Shown: piece after piece, positions 17,647 to 32,278 of the stretch
Layout of the letters: the number at the start of each line of letters is the position of its first letter
How positions within the stretch are numbered: position 1 is the first letter of the stretch
Assembly (NCBI RefSeq): GCF_009914755.1
Contig: NC_060930.1
Origin: the human T2T-CHM13v2.0 reference genome, Homo sapiens
DNA length: 64,000 nt
Direction: 5' to 3' (one strand)
Notes under the pieces: generated by a model
What the model saw: the letters and a program-made list of their open reading frames with translations, nothing else
Database searches by the model: none
Told to the model about the DNA's origin: nothing
Translations under genes and position numbers: made by a program

Positions 17647-20090
17647 TTTATTATTATTATTATTACTATTATTATTATTTTACTTTAAGTTCTGAGGTAC
17701 ACGTGCAGAACGTGCAGGTTTGTTACATAGGTATACATGTGCCATGGTGGTTTGCTGCATCCATCAACCCGTCATCTGCATTAGGTATTTCTCCCAGTGC
17801 TATCCCTCCCCTAGCCCCCTAGCCCCTGACAGGTCCCAGTGTGTAATGTTCTCCTTCTTGTGTCCATGTGTTCTCATTGTTCAACTCCCACTGATGAGTG
17901 AGAACATGCCCTGTTTAGTTTTCTGGTCCTGTTAGTTTGCTGAGAGTGATGGTTTCCAGCTTCATCCATGTCTCTGCAAAGGACATGAACTCATCCTTTT
18001 TTATAGCTGCACCGTATTCCATGGTGTATATGTGCCACATTTTCTTTATCCAGTCTATCATTGATGGGCATTTTTGTTGGTTCCAAGTCATTGCTATTGT
18101 GAATAATGCTGCAATAAACATACGTGTGCCTGTGTCTTTATAGTAGAATGATTTATAAGCCTTTGGGTACATACCCAGTAATGGGATTGCTGGGTCAAAT
18201 GGTATTTCTGGTTCTAGATCTTTGAGGAATCACCACACTGTCTTCCACAATGGCTAAACTAATTTACACTTCCCACCAAAAGTGTAAAAGTAGTCCTATT
18301 CCTTCATATCCTCTCCAGCATCTGTTGTTTCCTGACTTTTTAATGATTGCCACTGTAACTGGCATGAGATGGTATCTCACTGTGGTTTTGATTTGCATTT
18401 CTCTAATGACCAGTGATGATGAGCTTTTTTAAATAAGTTTGTTGGCTGCATAAATGTCTTCTTTTGAGAAGTGTCTGTTAATATCCTTTGGCCACTTTAT
18501 GGGGGGGTTGTTTGTTTGTTTCCTGTAAATTTATTTAAGTTCCTTGTAGATTCTGGATATTAGCCCTTTGTCAGATGGATAGATTGCAAAATTTTCTCCC
18601 ATTCTGTAGGTTGCCTTTTCGCTCTGATGATAGTTTCTTTTGCTGTGCAGAAGCTCTTTAGTTTAATTAGATCCCATTTGTCAATTTTGGCTTTTATTGC
18701 CATTATTTTTGGTGTTTTAGTCATGAAGTCTTTGCCCATGCCTATGTCCTGAATGGTATTGCCTAGGTTTTCTTCTAGGGTTTTTTATGGCTTTAGGTCT
18801 TATATTTAAGTTTTTAATCCATCTTGAGTTAATTTTTGTATAAAGTGTAAGGAAGAGGTCCAGTTTCAGCTTTCTGCATGTGGCTAGCCAGTTTTCCCAG
18901 CATCATTTACTTAACAGGGAATCCTTTTCCCATTGCTAGTTTTTGTCAAGTGTGTCAAAGATCAGATGGTTGTTGATGTGTGGCATTATGTCTGAGGCCT
19001 CTGTTCTGTTCCGTTGGTCTATATATCCGTTCTCGTACCAGTACCGTGCGGTTTTGGTAACTGTAGCCTTGTATTGTAATTTGAAGTCTGGTAGCATGAT
19101 GCCTCCAGCTTTGTTCTTTTTGCTTAGGATTGTCTTGTCTATACTGGCTCTTTTTTGGTTCCATATGAAATTTAAAGTAATTTTTTTTTCTAATTCTGTG
19201 AAGAAAGTCAATTGTAACTTGATGGCGATAGCATCAAATCTATAAATTACTTTGGGCAGTATGGACATTTTTATGATATTCATTCTTTCTATCCATGAGC
19301 AAGGATGAACATCAATGCAGAAATCCTCAATAAAATACTGGCAAACTGAATCTAGCAGCATATCAAAAAGCTTATCCACCAAGATCAAATCAGCTTCATC
19401 CCTGGAAGGCTGGTTCAACATATGCAAATCAATAAACATAATTCATCACATAAACAGAACCAATGACAAGAACGACATGATAATCTCAATAGATGCAGAA
19501 AAGGCCTTCAATAAAATTCCACACCCATTCATGCTAAAAACTCTCTATAAACCAGGTATTGGTGGAACATATCTCAAAATAATAAGAGCTATTTATGACA
19601 AACCCACAGCCAATATCATACTGAATGAGAAATAGCTGGAAGCATTCCCTTTGAAAACTGGTACAAGACAAGGATGCCGTCTCTCACCACTCTCCTATTC
19701 AACGTAATATTGGAAGTTCTGGCCATGGCATTCAGGCAAGAGAAAGAAATAAATCGTATTCAGACAGGAAGAGAGGAAGTCAAATTATCTGTCTTTGCAG
19801 ATGACATGATTGTATATTTAGAAAACCCCATCATCTCAGGCCAAACTCTCCTTAAGCTAATAAGCAACTTCAGCAAAGTCTCAGGATACAAAATCAAGGT
19901 GCAAAAATCACAAGCATTCCTATACACCAATAATAGAGAGCCAAATCATGAAGGAACTCACATTCACAATTGCTACAAAGAGAATAAAATACCTAGGAAT
20001 ACAACTTACAAGGGATGTGAAGGACCTCTTCAAGGAGAACTACAAACCACTGCTCAAGGAAATAAGAGAAGACACAAACAAATGGAAAAC
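17647..20090 (-). mobile_element. L1PA7-like LINE-1, 5'-truncated, with twin-priming inversion (3' part minus 17647-19303; inverted ORF2/RT part plus 19304-20090)
   Basis: L1PA7-type 3'UTR with (TTA)n tail. The plus segment carries RT remnants ([27 protein letters not shown]) and ends acaaatggaaaa, contiguous in L1 with where the minus segment begins. TSD-like tataatgtctt (17636) / tataatgtttt (20091). Confidence 0.93.
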
Positions 20091-20104
20091 TATAATGTTT
20101 TAAA

Positions 20105-21600
20105 TATGACTCTGGTTTATTTATCTCACACATAGCAAAAAGTCCAGATGTAAGCGATCTAAGGCCACTTTATAATTCCCATGAAGCCAATGTGAATGTA
20201 GGCTCTTTTTGACTCTGGATTTCATTCCCAAGAAAAAGCAAAAAAAAAAAAAAAAAAACTACGCCACAGCTTTGGGAAACATTTGTGTTGAGACAAGAGA
20301 AAAGAGGAAAGAGAGGAGGGAGATAGCGACTCACTTTCCAGCTGAGCATCTCCCAGTGAGAATTTCCACATACCATTACCTCTTACACATTACCGATCAG
20401 AGTATAGTCATGTTCCCACATCAAAGAGGCTGAGAAATGTTGTGTTAGAGCTGGATGCGTTGTCGCTCTGAATAAAACGTTATATTGTTAAAAAATAAAA
20501 ATAGATATGGACAGTTTTGTTTTGTTTTTCTCCGAATCCATCCCTTTGGTTTCCACAAAATTTATACCATATTTTTTCTATGCATGACACACACTCATTG
20601 GCTTTCTAAGAAAGATAAATATAATTGCCCTATCAAGTTCAGTATTTGACTCCATATTCAAGGTCAAGGATATCCGAGTGATGTTCAATTTTTTCAATCA
20701 AGTTCAAATCTGAGGACTGCTGATCTTGTAATTAAAAAGCCAAGTTATTTGTCACTAGTATACACAATAAGCTATATGTAATACATGCTGTGAAGATGTA
20801 ATAGAATACTAGGGATAAAATATCCAACTTAGGAAAGGGGAAAAGAGAAAATATTCTAGGTAATATCTCTCATAGGTAATATTTCAGTCCCCTACTCTTG
20901 CAGTGAAACATGCTTCTTGCATAGCATTACTATCAAGGAATTTATTCTTTACTCATTATCTTTCATGACCATGAGGTGAGCAGAAAGAATACATCATTTT
21001 TAGAGTCTGCACAGCTTTAGTAATTGAGATCTTAAAGATTAAACTTGGGCATTCTAAGCATTCTTTTAATAATTTAATATATACAGATAGTTTCAGGTCA
21101 GGTTTTGGGGTTTTTGGTAGTGCTGTTTTAGCAAAAACTTATAAGGCTCCCAGTTTATTTTCTTCCAGATAATCTCACCATTTAGTACTCTCTACGTATA
21201 GTTTTTAAGCCTGAAGACAATAATACTTTACTTATAGGCCTCTAAGCTGCATCTACGTCCCTTTTCCTCAACTTAGTGGCTACTAGGCTGAAACTTTATT
21301 AAATAATGAACTTGTGTGTGTGGAACCAAACCAGCTAAATTATCTTTTCCAATAGACTCATTGCCTTTGCCAACAGGCTCATCGCATTTGTGTTGCAGGT
21401 ACTAGTTTGACTTTCTACTTAGGTTGCAGCTCCCAGGCCTTCTCACTTTACATATAGAACTTTTTTTTTTTTTTTTTTTTTTTTTACCTTTTGTAGTTTC
21501 TAACTGGGAGCGTAGTAAATTTCTCCATTCACTAAACTGTATTTCCTTCCATCTCTGCTTTTAGATTAGTTCAATTGGTTTACTGTCTCTTGCTGGATTT
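20105..21600 (-). mobile_element. Possible old MaLR (MLT1J/K-like LTR plus internal) remnant
   Basis: ggtttatttatctcac..aaaagtccaga and gaggctgagaaatgt..agctgg resemble old antisense MLT1 LTRs; the downstream part is only weakly internal-like. Confidence 0.35.
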
Positions 21601-22072
21601 TGTTGAATCTGACAACATGGAGCCAAATTATACCAAGATTTAGACTTCATTATTTCTAGCATTGCTATAGCATTGGTTGGCACTTTGTTTGACTGGTCAA
21701 CATACAGAACGTGACAGCTGCAACAAATATGTTCACTAGGAAACTCAGTTTATCAGCTTTACAAAATGAAGTAGCTAAGTTCATATGAAAATTCTCTACC
21801 CTTTTAATTAGGCCATGGCTATTTTGTAGAAGCTGGTACAATACTCCACTTCTTAAACCAATTAAAATACTAGCTGGTATTTTCAGACAACACAGTGGAA
21901 TCCATTGTACCAATTTTAAACAGAATAAGGAAAACTCTCTTTTCATCTATATCTATCTAGATATTACCCATATCTAGCTAACTAGCTATCATAAATTTTA
22001 GGAACTGAAGATATTCTAGCCTGTTCTTTGCTCTGAGAAGAATTAAAACCAAACTACTAAACTGACCCACCA

Positions 22073-22325
22073 GTTGGATAGAAAGAATAAGACTTAGTGT
22101 TCAGTAGCACAATAGAGTGACAATAGTTAGGAATCATTTATTGTATGTTTTAAAATAACTAAAAAATAGAAATTGGAATGTTTCTAACACAAAGGAATGA
22201 TAAATGTTATAGGTGATGGATATCTTTATTACCATGATTAAATAATTACACATAATATGCTTGTATCAAAATATCACATGTACCCAATACATATAGATAA
22301 GTATTACATATTCAAAATTTTTTTA
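22073..22325 (+). mobile_element. L1MA (L1MA2/3-like) 3' end
   Basis: aataagacttagtgttcagtagcacaatag, aacacaaaggaatgataaatg, tgtatcaaaatatcacatgtaccc. Confidence 0.85.
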
Positions 22326-22531
22326 AAAGAAACTAAAAATTATGTTTTGCGATTTGCATTTTTTCATTTTTAATAAAGTTTTAAATTGTAAGTGAAATGT
22401 TTGGAGCTTAACATTCCAAATATGTGGAACATTTACAATTCAGAGGTGAGGGAGGTCAGATAGACGGAAGGATAGAAATATAGATATATTGATGTCCATA
22501 CACATTTATAAACACAAATTTATAAACATAA

Positions 22532-22538
<7 letters not shown>

Positions 22539-22568
<30 letters not shown>
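22539..22568. repeat. (TG)15 microsatellite
   Basis: Perfect run, counted directly. Confidence 0.95.
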
Positions 22569-22572
<4 letters not shown>

Positions 22573-22920
22573 CCTAAATACAAACATATACACACACTGT
22601 GGGAACGACATATATACAAATTGTAGGAAACTATAAAATATGAAATTATGACTGTTGGACAGCTGTGAATGAAAACTCTGCTATAGTGGTGGTATAGATA
22701 TACTATAATATACACATTGAAAGATAACGAGACTTAACTGGCACTGATTTATTCACCAATGGATAGAAGAATGTTCAGCAGAAAATATACTCCAAATAAA
22801 TATTAGCTGAATGAATACATGCGGTAATGAGCAAGTAAATATTTTACTCATATGTTCATATACGCTCTTAACGTCTCTTCTTGTGGATCCTCTTGCCAAG
22901 TGTAATGACTTGACGAGATT

Positions 22921-23633
22921 TTATTTCATTTTATTTTATGTTTTTATTTATAATTATTATAGACACATAATAGTACATATTAATGGTATATGTGTGATAT
23001 TTTATACAAGCATATGTTGTGTAATGATCAATTCAGGGTAATTGGGGTATCCATCACCTCAAATTTTTTTTTCTTTGTATTAGGAATATTCCAATTTCAA
23101 TCTTTCAATTGTTTTGACATATGCAATAATTTAATGTTAATGATTGTCACCCTATTGTGCTACCAAACACTAGATCTTGTTATTTCTAACTGTATTTTTG
23201 TACCCATTAACCATCCCCTCATTATTCCCCTCTCCTCATTACCCTTCCTATCCTCTGAGAACTATCATTCTACTCTCTATCTTTAAGTGTTAAATTGTAT
23301 TTTTTTACCTACTATACATGAGTGAAAACATGCAATGTCCTCCAGTTCTATCTATGTTTTTGCAAATGACAGAATTTTATTATCTTATGGCCGAATAATA
23401 TTCCATTGTGTATATGTACCACATGACCACTAAAGAGAACAGTATGGAAGTTCTCAAAAAAACTAAAAATAGAACTACTTATGACCCAGCAATCCTACTG
23501 CTGGGTATATATTCAAGAGAGAGAAAACCAATGTATCAAAGAAGACATCTGCATTCCCATGATTATTTCTACATTATTCACAATAGACAAGATATGGAAT
23601 CAACCTTTTCATCAATCAACAGATAAATGGATG
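22921..23633 (-). mobile_element. L1MA2/3-like 3' end with twin-priming inversion (minus 22921-23424; plus 23425-23633)
   Basis: Minus part ends tatatgtaccacat; plus part (gagaacagtatggaagttctc...gataaatggat) is the adjacent upstream L1 segment. TSD-like aatgacttgacgagatttt / aatgacttgggatttt. Confidence 0.85.
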
Positions 23634-24135
23634 AATGACTTGGGATTTTAATTGAGTTTTGTTTATGAAGAGATTGTATAACTTATAATGGATATAAAAG
23701 CAATAGATGCTTGATGGCAGATGAAAAGACTGAGACGACATGAATGAAAAGCTGTTACTAAAATGGTTGTCCAAATCCACTAGAATATGCACACTGCAGG
23801 GTAAATAAACTTACCTAACTTGTACACTGATTTATTACTATGGCTACTTTAGGACATGAAGCATTTTATATGACAGCTTAGGACCATGAATTAAAATTTG
23901 CATCATATCTAGACATAGTTTGTAAGTCAAAAGACACAAATGTTTTAATTATTGAGATAATTGTTATCAAATTAAGTACACTAGCAAAATAAGGTAAGCC
24001 TACTGTAAATAATATTAATGATCATTTGTATAAAGAGTAGATAATGAACTAAAAATATTAAATAATATTTTACTTTATATGTATGAAGAGATCTTGAATG
24101 ATTCCTTCATAATAATTATTTTTAGTTATTTCTTT

Positions 24136-25397
<1,262 letters not shown>

Positions 25398-25573
25398 TAA
25401 AACAGAAGATATTTGATTGAGAAATGACTTTAGATGTAAAAAATCACTTCAGAAGGCATTTGTTTGTGAATGATTTAAAATGTAATAAAACAAGCGCATT
25501 GTCAAGATTGTAAAATATAGAGTAATGCAGTTTAATCTGCTCTGTGTCTGTATCTAGTTATTAAATATCCTAC

Positions 25574-27885
25574 TCATATGGTTTGTCTGTGTCCCCACCC
25601 AAATCTCTACTTGAATTGTAGCTCCCAAAATTCTCATGTGTTGTGGGAGGAACCCGGTAGGAGATAATTGAATCATGGGGACAGTTTCCCCATACTGTTC
25701 TAGTGGTAGTGAATAAGTCTCATGAAATCTGATGGTTTTATAAGGGGTTTCCCCTTTCACTTGGCTCTCACTCTCTTGCCTGCTGCCATTTAAGATGTGA
25801 CTTGGATCCTCCTTTGCCTTCTGCCATGATTGTAAGGCCTCCCCAGCCACATGGAACTGTGAGTCCATTAAACCTCTTTTTCTTTATAAATTACTCAGTC
25901 TTGGCTATGTCTTTATTAGTAGTGTAAGAATGAACTAATACAGTAAATTGGTACTGGTAGAGTGGGGTGCTACTGTAAAGATACACAAAAATGTGGAAGC
26001 AACTTTGGAACTAGGTAACAGGCAAGTGTTGGAAAAGTTTGGAAGGCTCAGAAGAAAACAGGAAAATGTGGGAAAGTTAGGAACTTTCTAAGACTTGTTG
26101 AATAGTTTTAACCAAAAAATACTGATAATGATATGGGCAAGGAAATCCCGGCTAAGGTGGCCTCAAAAGGAGGTGAGGAACATGGGACCTAGAGTAAAGG
26201 TGACTCTTGCTATATTTTAGCAAATAGACTGGCAACATTTTGCTCTTGCCCTAGAGATTTATGAAACTTGGAACTTGAGGGAGATGATTTAGGGTGTCTG
26301 GTAGAAAAAAATTTCTAAGCAGTTGGGTAAAGCATTCAAGAGCTGAATTGGGTGTCATTAAAAGCATTTAGTTTTAAAAGGGAAACAGAGCATAACAGTT
26401 CATAAATTTGCAGCCTGACAATGCAATGGAAAAGAAAAACCTATTTTCTGAGGAGAAATTCAAGCTGCAGGAATTTGCATAAGTAACAAGGAGCCAAATT
26501 CGAATCCCCAAGACAATGGCAAAAATGTCTCCAGGGCATGACAGAGATCTCTGTGGCAGCCCCTCCCATCACATGCCCTGAGGCCTCGGAGGAAAAAATG
26601 GTTTTGTGGGCTGGGCCCAGGGCCCCCCTGCAGTGTACAGCATAGGGACTTGGTGTCATTCATTCCAGCTACTCTAGCCATGGCTAAAAGGAGTCAAGGT
26701 ACAGCTTGGGCTCTAGCTTTAAAAGGTGCAAGCCCCAAGCATTGGCACTTTCCACATAAGGTTGAACCTGTGGGTGCACAGAAGTCAAGAAATGAAGTTT
26801 GGGAACCTCCACCTAGATTTCAGAGGATGTATGGAAATGCCTGGATGTCCAGGCAGAACTTTGCTGCAGGGGTGGAGCCCACATGGAGAACCTCTGTTTG
26901 GGTGGTGCAGAAGAAAAATGTGGGGCTGAAGCTTTCACACAGAGTCCCCACTGGGACACTGCCTAGTGGAGCTGTGAGAAGAGGGCCACCGTCCTCCAGA
27001 CCCCAGAATGGTAGAATCACCAACAGCATGCACATGTGTCTGGAAAAGCTACAGACACTCAACACCAGCCAGTGAAAGCAGTTGGGAGGGAGGCTGTACC
27101 CTGTAAAGCCACAGGAACTGAGCTGCCCAAGACAATGGGAACCCATCCCTTGCATCAATATGACCTGAATGTGAGACATAGAGTCAAAAGAGATCATTAT
27201 GGAACTGTAAGATTTGACTGCCCTGCTGGATTTTGGACTTGCATGGGGCCTTTAGCCCCTTCATTTTGGTCAATTTCTCTCATTTGGAATGGGTGTATTT
27301 ATCCAATCCCTATACCCCCATTATATCTAGGAAGTAACTAACTTGCTTTTGATGCTACAGGCTCATAGGCAGAAGGGACTTGTCTCAGATAAGACTTTGG
27401 ACTGTGGACTTTTGAGTTAATGCTGAAATGAGTTAAGCCTTTGGGGGACTGTTGGGAAGGCATGATTGATTTTGAAATGTGAAGACATGAGATTTGGGAG
27501 GGGCTGGGTTGGAATGGCATAGTTTGGCTGTGTCGCTACCCAAATCTCACCTTGAATTACAGCTCCCATAATTCCCATGTGTTGTGAAAGAAGCTCAGTG
27601 AGAGATAATTGAATCATGGGAGCAGTTTCCCCATATTGTTCATGTGGTAGTGAATAAGTCTCATGAGATCTGATGGTTTTATAAAGAGTTTCCCCTTTTG
27701 CTTGGCTCTCATTCTTTCTTGCCTGCTGCCATGTAAGACATGACTTTGCTCCTCCTTTGTTTTCTGTTATGATTGTGAGGCCTCCCCAGCCATGTGGAAC
27801 TGTGAGTCCATTAAGCCTCTTTTCCTTTATAAATTACCCAGTCTCTAATAAGTCTTTATTAGCAGTGTGATTACAGACTAATACA
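25574..27885 (+). mobile_element. Full-length THE1C-like MaLR provirus (LTR 25574-25942, internal, LTR 27515-27885)
   Basis: Two homologous ~370 bp LTRs ending CTAATACA; ggagataattgaatcatgg and cccatactgttc are THE1C-type; ~1.57 kb internal region; 5-bp TSD cctac / cctgc. Confidence 0.93.
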
Positions 27886-29212
27886 CCTGCCTTCTTTTTT
27901 CCTACTATATATTGTATTAATGTGAAAAAAAACTCTTTAAATTTAAGAGTCAACCATTCAAATATAATGAATAATCCATACTTTTAATTTATAAATTGTA
28001 TGCTTATTCAATTGCAAGAGGAAAAGTAAATATATCAATTGTGCATTATTTCCCTGGGGCATTTAAAATGATCAAAAAGTAAATTTATGTTCAATAGGAT
28101 AGAAATCACAGCACAGCATCCATTGAAAATAATGATAATTGTTCACCTGCTTACCATTGATCACATGGAAACTTTTCCCCATTATGGTCATGAACTATAT
28201 AAGACTTATCATTGATGTGAAACTCTTGTAATAGGCTGCTTTTCTGGGTTTAGTGTCTGAAATAAATGAACAAAGATATTATAAAATGATTTAATACCTA
28301 AATATTCATAGAATTCTTTAATAACACTTTATAAATATAGGAAAGGAAAAAACACAAATTTTGAATCAAAGAGCAATGCAGAAAAAGAAGAAATAAATTG
28401 TTAAACAAGTTAAAAGAAATAAAAAATTGCTAAGAAAAATAAAACTGATCATTTATTTTATGATTTGTTTAGTTGGAGCTTTCCAACTTAATTTTTTTTT
28501 CTATCCAAAGAAACAATGGAATATCAAGAAAAAAAGTACTGCAAGGAAAAACATGCACATACATAAATCAGGGTAATTTAAAAATTTTATTTAGACTATA
28601 ACATAAAGACAATTGCAATTGTTTATTGATTTAACCTTCAAATTTGTCTGACTCAAAAAAAAATTTATATTTACTTCTCTGGTATAATCTAATATTAAGT
28701 TTATTAAAGCCAGGATTTTAATTAGTTTGCCATGTTGTAGAGATGAGTTAAAATTTAAAGCAAGCAGAGCCCATTTTCTCCTCAAATGTTTCTTAAATTT
28801 CCTTGTTTCCTTATAACTTTTCTTCAGAAATAGAAGCTAATATGTCTGCAGCAAAAGTATCTAAATTTTACTTCACATCATACATATTATGGTTTCAAAA
28901 ATGCAAAAAAAGTAGAATTTGTTCCAGTTTTCATAGACTTCCTGCTATGTTCTTAAACTTAGTATGATATAATTATATTAAAAATCTGGGTTGAGAAATC
29001 ATCAATTTGAAAGCTGACATAATTCAAATATACATGACTTATAGGGCATTCTTTTTAATCAAGATTTCAGAGATTAGTTGGGTGTTTTGAGGTTTCTCAC
29101 TATTACCCTCTCTGCCTTTCTTTTTAGTTTATAAGCATTTATTCATGCATTTAATTTTAATGCTTTTTAAGTTATAGAAAAAAGTCATTTTCTGACCCTA
29201 AGATTTTCTACT

Positions 29213-29625
29213 ATATATACATATGTGCACATATATGTATATGTGTATATACATATATATACACAAAATATATATGTACATATATACATATGTGCACATA
29301 TATGTATATGTGTATATACATATATATATACACAAAATATATATGTACATATATACATATGTGCACATATATGTATATGTGTATATACATATATATACAC
29401 AAAATATATGTACATATACACATATATACACAAAATATATATGTACATATATACATATATCTACAAATATGTATGTGAACACACGTGTATATTTATATGC
29501 ATATATACACATATGTATATGGAATAGAATGTAATATATGTACATTATATATCGTGTATATATTACATATTATAAATTATATGTAATATATCTAATATAC
29601 ATGTATATATTATGTACATTTATAA
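29213..29625. repeat. TA-rich minisatellite with ~67-69 bp higher-order unit (~3 copies) and degenerate tail
   Basis: gtgcac cores at 29225, 29292 and 29361, each followed by acacaaaatatat. Confidence 0.9.
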
Positions 29626-29745
29626 ATGTTCATTAATTTTGAGAAGCAAAATTGTGATTTATCTAAACATCTTTTTCATAACCTATTCATTTCAACTTTA
29701 TTAATATAAATTTTGATAGACTTGCCTTGAAATCTTAGTATCTTG

Positions 29746-29856
29746 GACTGATTTGAAGGTAGTGAGTTATCGCAATTGATTACTCAGTCTGTTACAGGTC
29801 AAACTTTTTGTTCTATCCTTTCCCCTTCTCACTACTGCTCATGACTAGTCTTCTTT
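29746..29856 (+). pseudogene. Y_RNA: Y RNA (hY1/RNY1-derived) retropseudogene
   Basis: gaaggtagtgagttatcgcaattgatt...gttacag...ttgttcta...ccccttctcactactgc..tgactagtctt matches hY1 over its full length; A-rich tail; TSD aatcttagtatcttg (29731-29745) / aaccttagtttcttg (29867-29881). Confidence 0.93.
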
Positions 29857-30519
29857 AAAAAATAATAACCTTAGTTTCTTGGGCACAGGACTACTGCATC
29901 CATCATCCTTCATAAGAGACCATAAAAAATCAGAAACCACAGTAAGTCAACATAAAGGATTCATTTCAGGATGCCTCATGTCATCATTTATAGAGGAATT
30001 CACTTTTGATTTAAATAATCCTATCTTTAATATTATATAGTTTTGTTATTGTTATTTTCATGGCTGATACTGAGTGAATCAGTATTCAGAATCCCTCAGA
30101 ATTTTTGTCTTCTTAAGTTTCTAAATGTGTAGGGTCATTTGAATATCTCTTTGCAATTCCACTGACATTAACTAAGTCAAGAGGCTTGTCTTGTCATGCC
30201 TATTATAGTAAGACTATTAATAGACCCTGTGGTCTGCATGTTCTTGTCTTTCCACTCATCTTTTCCATCATAATCAATAATGAAGTCTTAAAGTACAGTG
30301 TACATCACTAGCCATGTTTCGGTGAAAAAGTTCTTTGTAAATATATGATATTACCTAAATTTATGTAAACATATCACAATTGGGCCTTCCAATATACCTT
30401 CCAAACCCCTTTTCTACTATATTTCCCATGTACCTCACATTCCAAATTTTTCATCTTTTAGACAACTGCTAAATTCCTAAATTTTGAAGAAATAGCATTG
30501 TGAGGTTATTCTGCTGTTA

Positions 30520-30684
30520 TTTTGTTTTGTTTTATCATGGTAAAAACACTTACTGTGAGTACTACACTATCAACAAATTTTTATGTATACAATAGAGTAT
30601 TGTTAACTATTTGTGCAATGTCATAAAGTAGGTCTCTAAAACTTAATCATCTTGCATAACTGAAACTTCATACCTATTGAACTA
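30520..30684 (-). mobile_element. L1MA8/9-like 3' end fragment
   Basis: aacaaatttttatgtatacaatagagtattgttaactat...catcttgcataactgaaactt. Confidence 0.75.
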
Positions 30685-31186
30685 TGTTTTATTGACTGAC
30701 ACACCCAGTGCACCTATTAGGATGCAATGTGCAGTAGTATAGGCAATAAATAATGGTTCATTCAATAATAATAAATACTTTCTACATTTCCATTCAGTCT
30801 CACTGAGTATCTTATTGTAGTCCATGTTACAGTACAACTCAAATGTTTGACTTAAAAAGACTTAAAGAATTTGAAAGAAATTTCTTGGTGGGGAATGCTA
30901 AGAAAAACATAACTCTTTTGGTTTTAATAAAAAATATTATTCCATATTACATTGAATGAGAGGATTTTGTCTGTTTTAAGGTATTTCATTTTTTAAGCTG
31001 ATAACGTTTTAAATAAAAAACACTGTGTTCTTTTAATAATGATTTTGCTTAAACCCACCAACAAAAAGGTGTAAGGTAATGAGAAAAGATCACTCTTTTT
31101 GGAAATGTGATAAAATATTTCTAAAAGAACTTAGTACTTAAAAAGATTAATGTTACTTCCTTGAGTTAAAGCTTTTCTGTGCTTAT

Positions 31187-31505
31187 GACCGGTGGCGGTG
31201 GCTCATGCCTGTAATCTCAGCACTTTGGGAGGCCGAGGCGGGTAGATCACCTGAGGTCAGGAATTCAAAAACACCCTGGCCAACATTGTGAAACCCTGTC
31301 TCTACTAAAAGTACAAAAATTAGCCTAGTGTGGTGGCGGGCAAGTATAATCCTAGCTACTGGGGAGGATGAGGCAAGAGAATCACTTGAACCCAGGAGGC
31401 AGAGGTTTCAGTGAGCCAAGATCGCACCACTGCACTCCAGCCTGGGTGACAGAGACAGAGCCTCCATCTAAAAAAATAAAAATAAAAATAAAAATAAAAA
31501 TAAAT
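31187..31505 (+). mobile_element. AluS (Sx/Sz-like) with (AAAAAT)n tail
   Basis: gatcacctgaggtcagg and gaatcacttgaacc; perfect 18-bp TSD aagcttttctgtgcttat at 31169-31186 and 31506-31523. Confidence 0.92.
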
Positions 31506-32278
31506 AAGCTTTTCTGTGCTTATGGAAGACAGAACTTTGTTTTGTGGCATGCAAACCATTACATATTACAATCTATCACCACTTTCAAGGAGGAAATACA
31601 TTACTTCGTAGTATCATCACTTAAACTTTGGTTTAATAAAAGTATGTGGTCCTTCAAAAACAGATTATCCTTTCAGAAATTAACACTTTTTAAAAAGTCA
31701 TTGCTTTCTTCTGAACGTTTACTTTTCTTTAGCTTATCTTTTATATAAGGTAAATAAATTGAGATAGTAGGTATAATCAATGTATTGATGTCTTATCCTA
31801 CTTTTTGTGATTGTTTTTTAATTAAAGATTTTCACTTCCTATGTACTCTTAAGAGACACTAACAACTTTAAGATAAAATAGAATCAACAAAGAATCAATA
31901 TTAACTCGATCAGTTTAATTGTTCTTAGTTTATTACCTGATACAATATAGTCATCATTGTAGAAGAAATGATACCCTGGTTTAAAATGTGATAACCTAAA
32001 TTGTATCATTAGCCCCATGTATATTTCTCTGAAATGTAGCACAGGTACGTATTAGTCCTTAAATATATGATGAACACGTTTTCAAAATTAGGAGACAGAG
32101 GAGATGAGAAGATATTATAAATGAGACAAATGTGTTTTATATAAGCCTAGAAAACCATGTCACATTAAAATTAGTCACATTCTCTCCTAGCTTACTATCA
32201 AGGCACTTCATGTTTTATTAAATAATTTCATTGCCTATACAACATATTTTTGTCTTAAAAGCATTCACTTTAAAGTTA

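Noticed and set aside
18936-20135. ORFs with reverse-transcriptase motifs
   Set aside because: Broken L1 ORF2 fragments in a truncated, inverted copy; not a gene or novel RT system.
26441-27617. Overlapping ORFs up to 141 aa (similar set at 38694-39289)
   Set aside because: Degenerate MaLR internal sequence.
29185-29545. Y/I/H/T-rich ORFs and a regularly spaced, CRISPR-like repeat
   Set aside because: Microsatellite translations; no unique spacers or cas genes, and the DNA is human. The same applies at 4.3, 42.2 and 52.6 kb.
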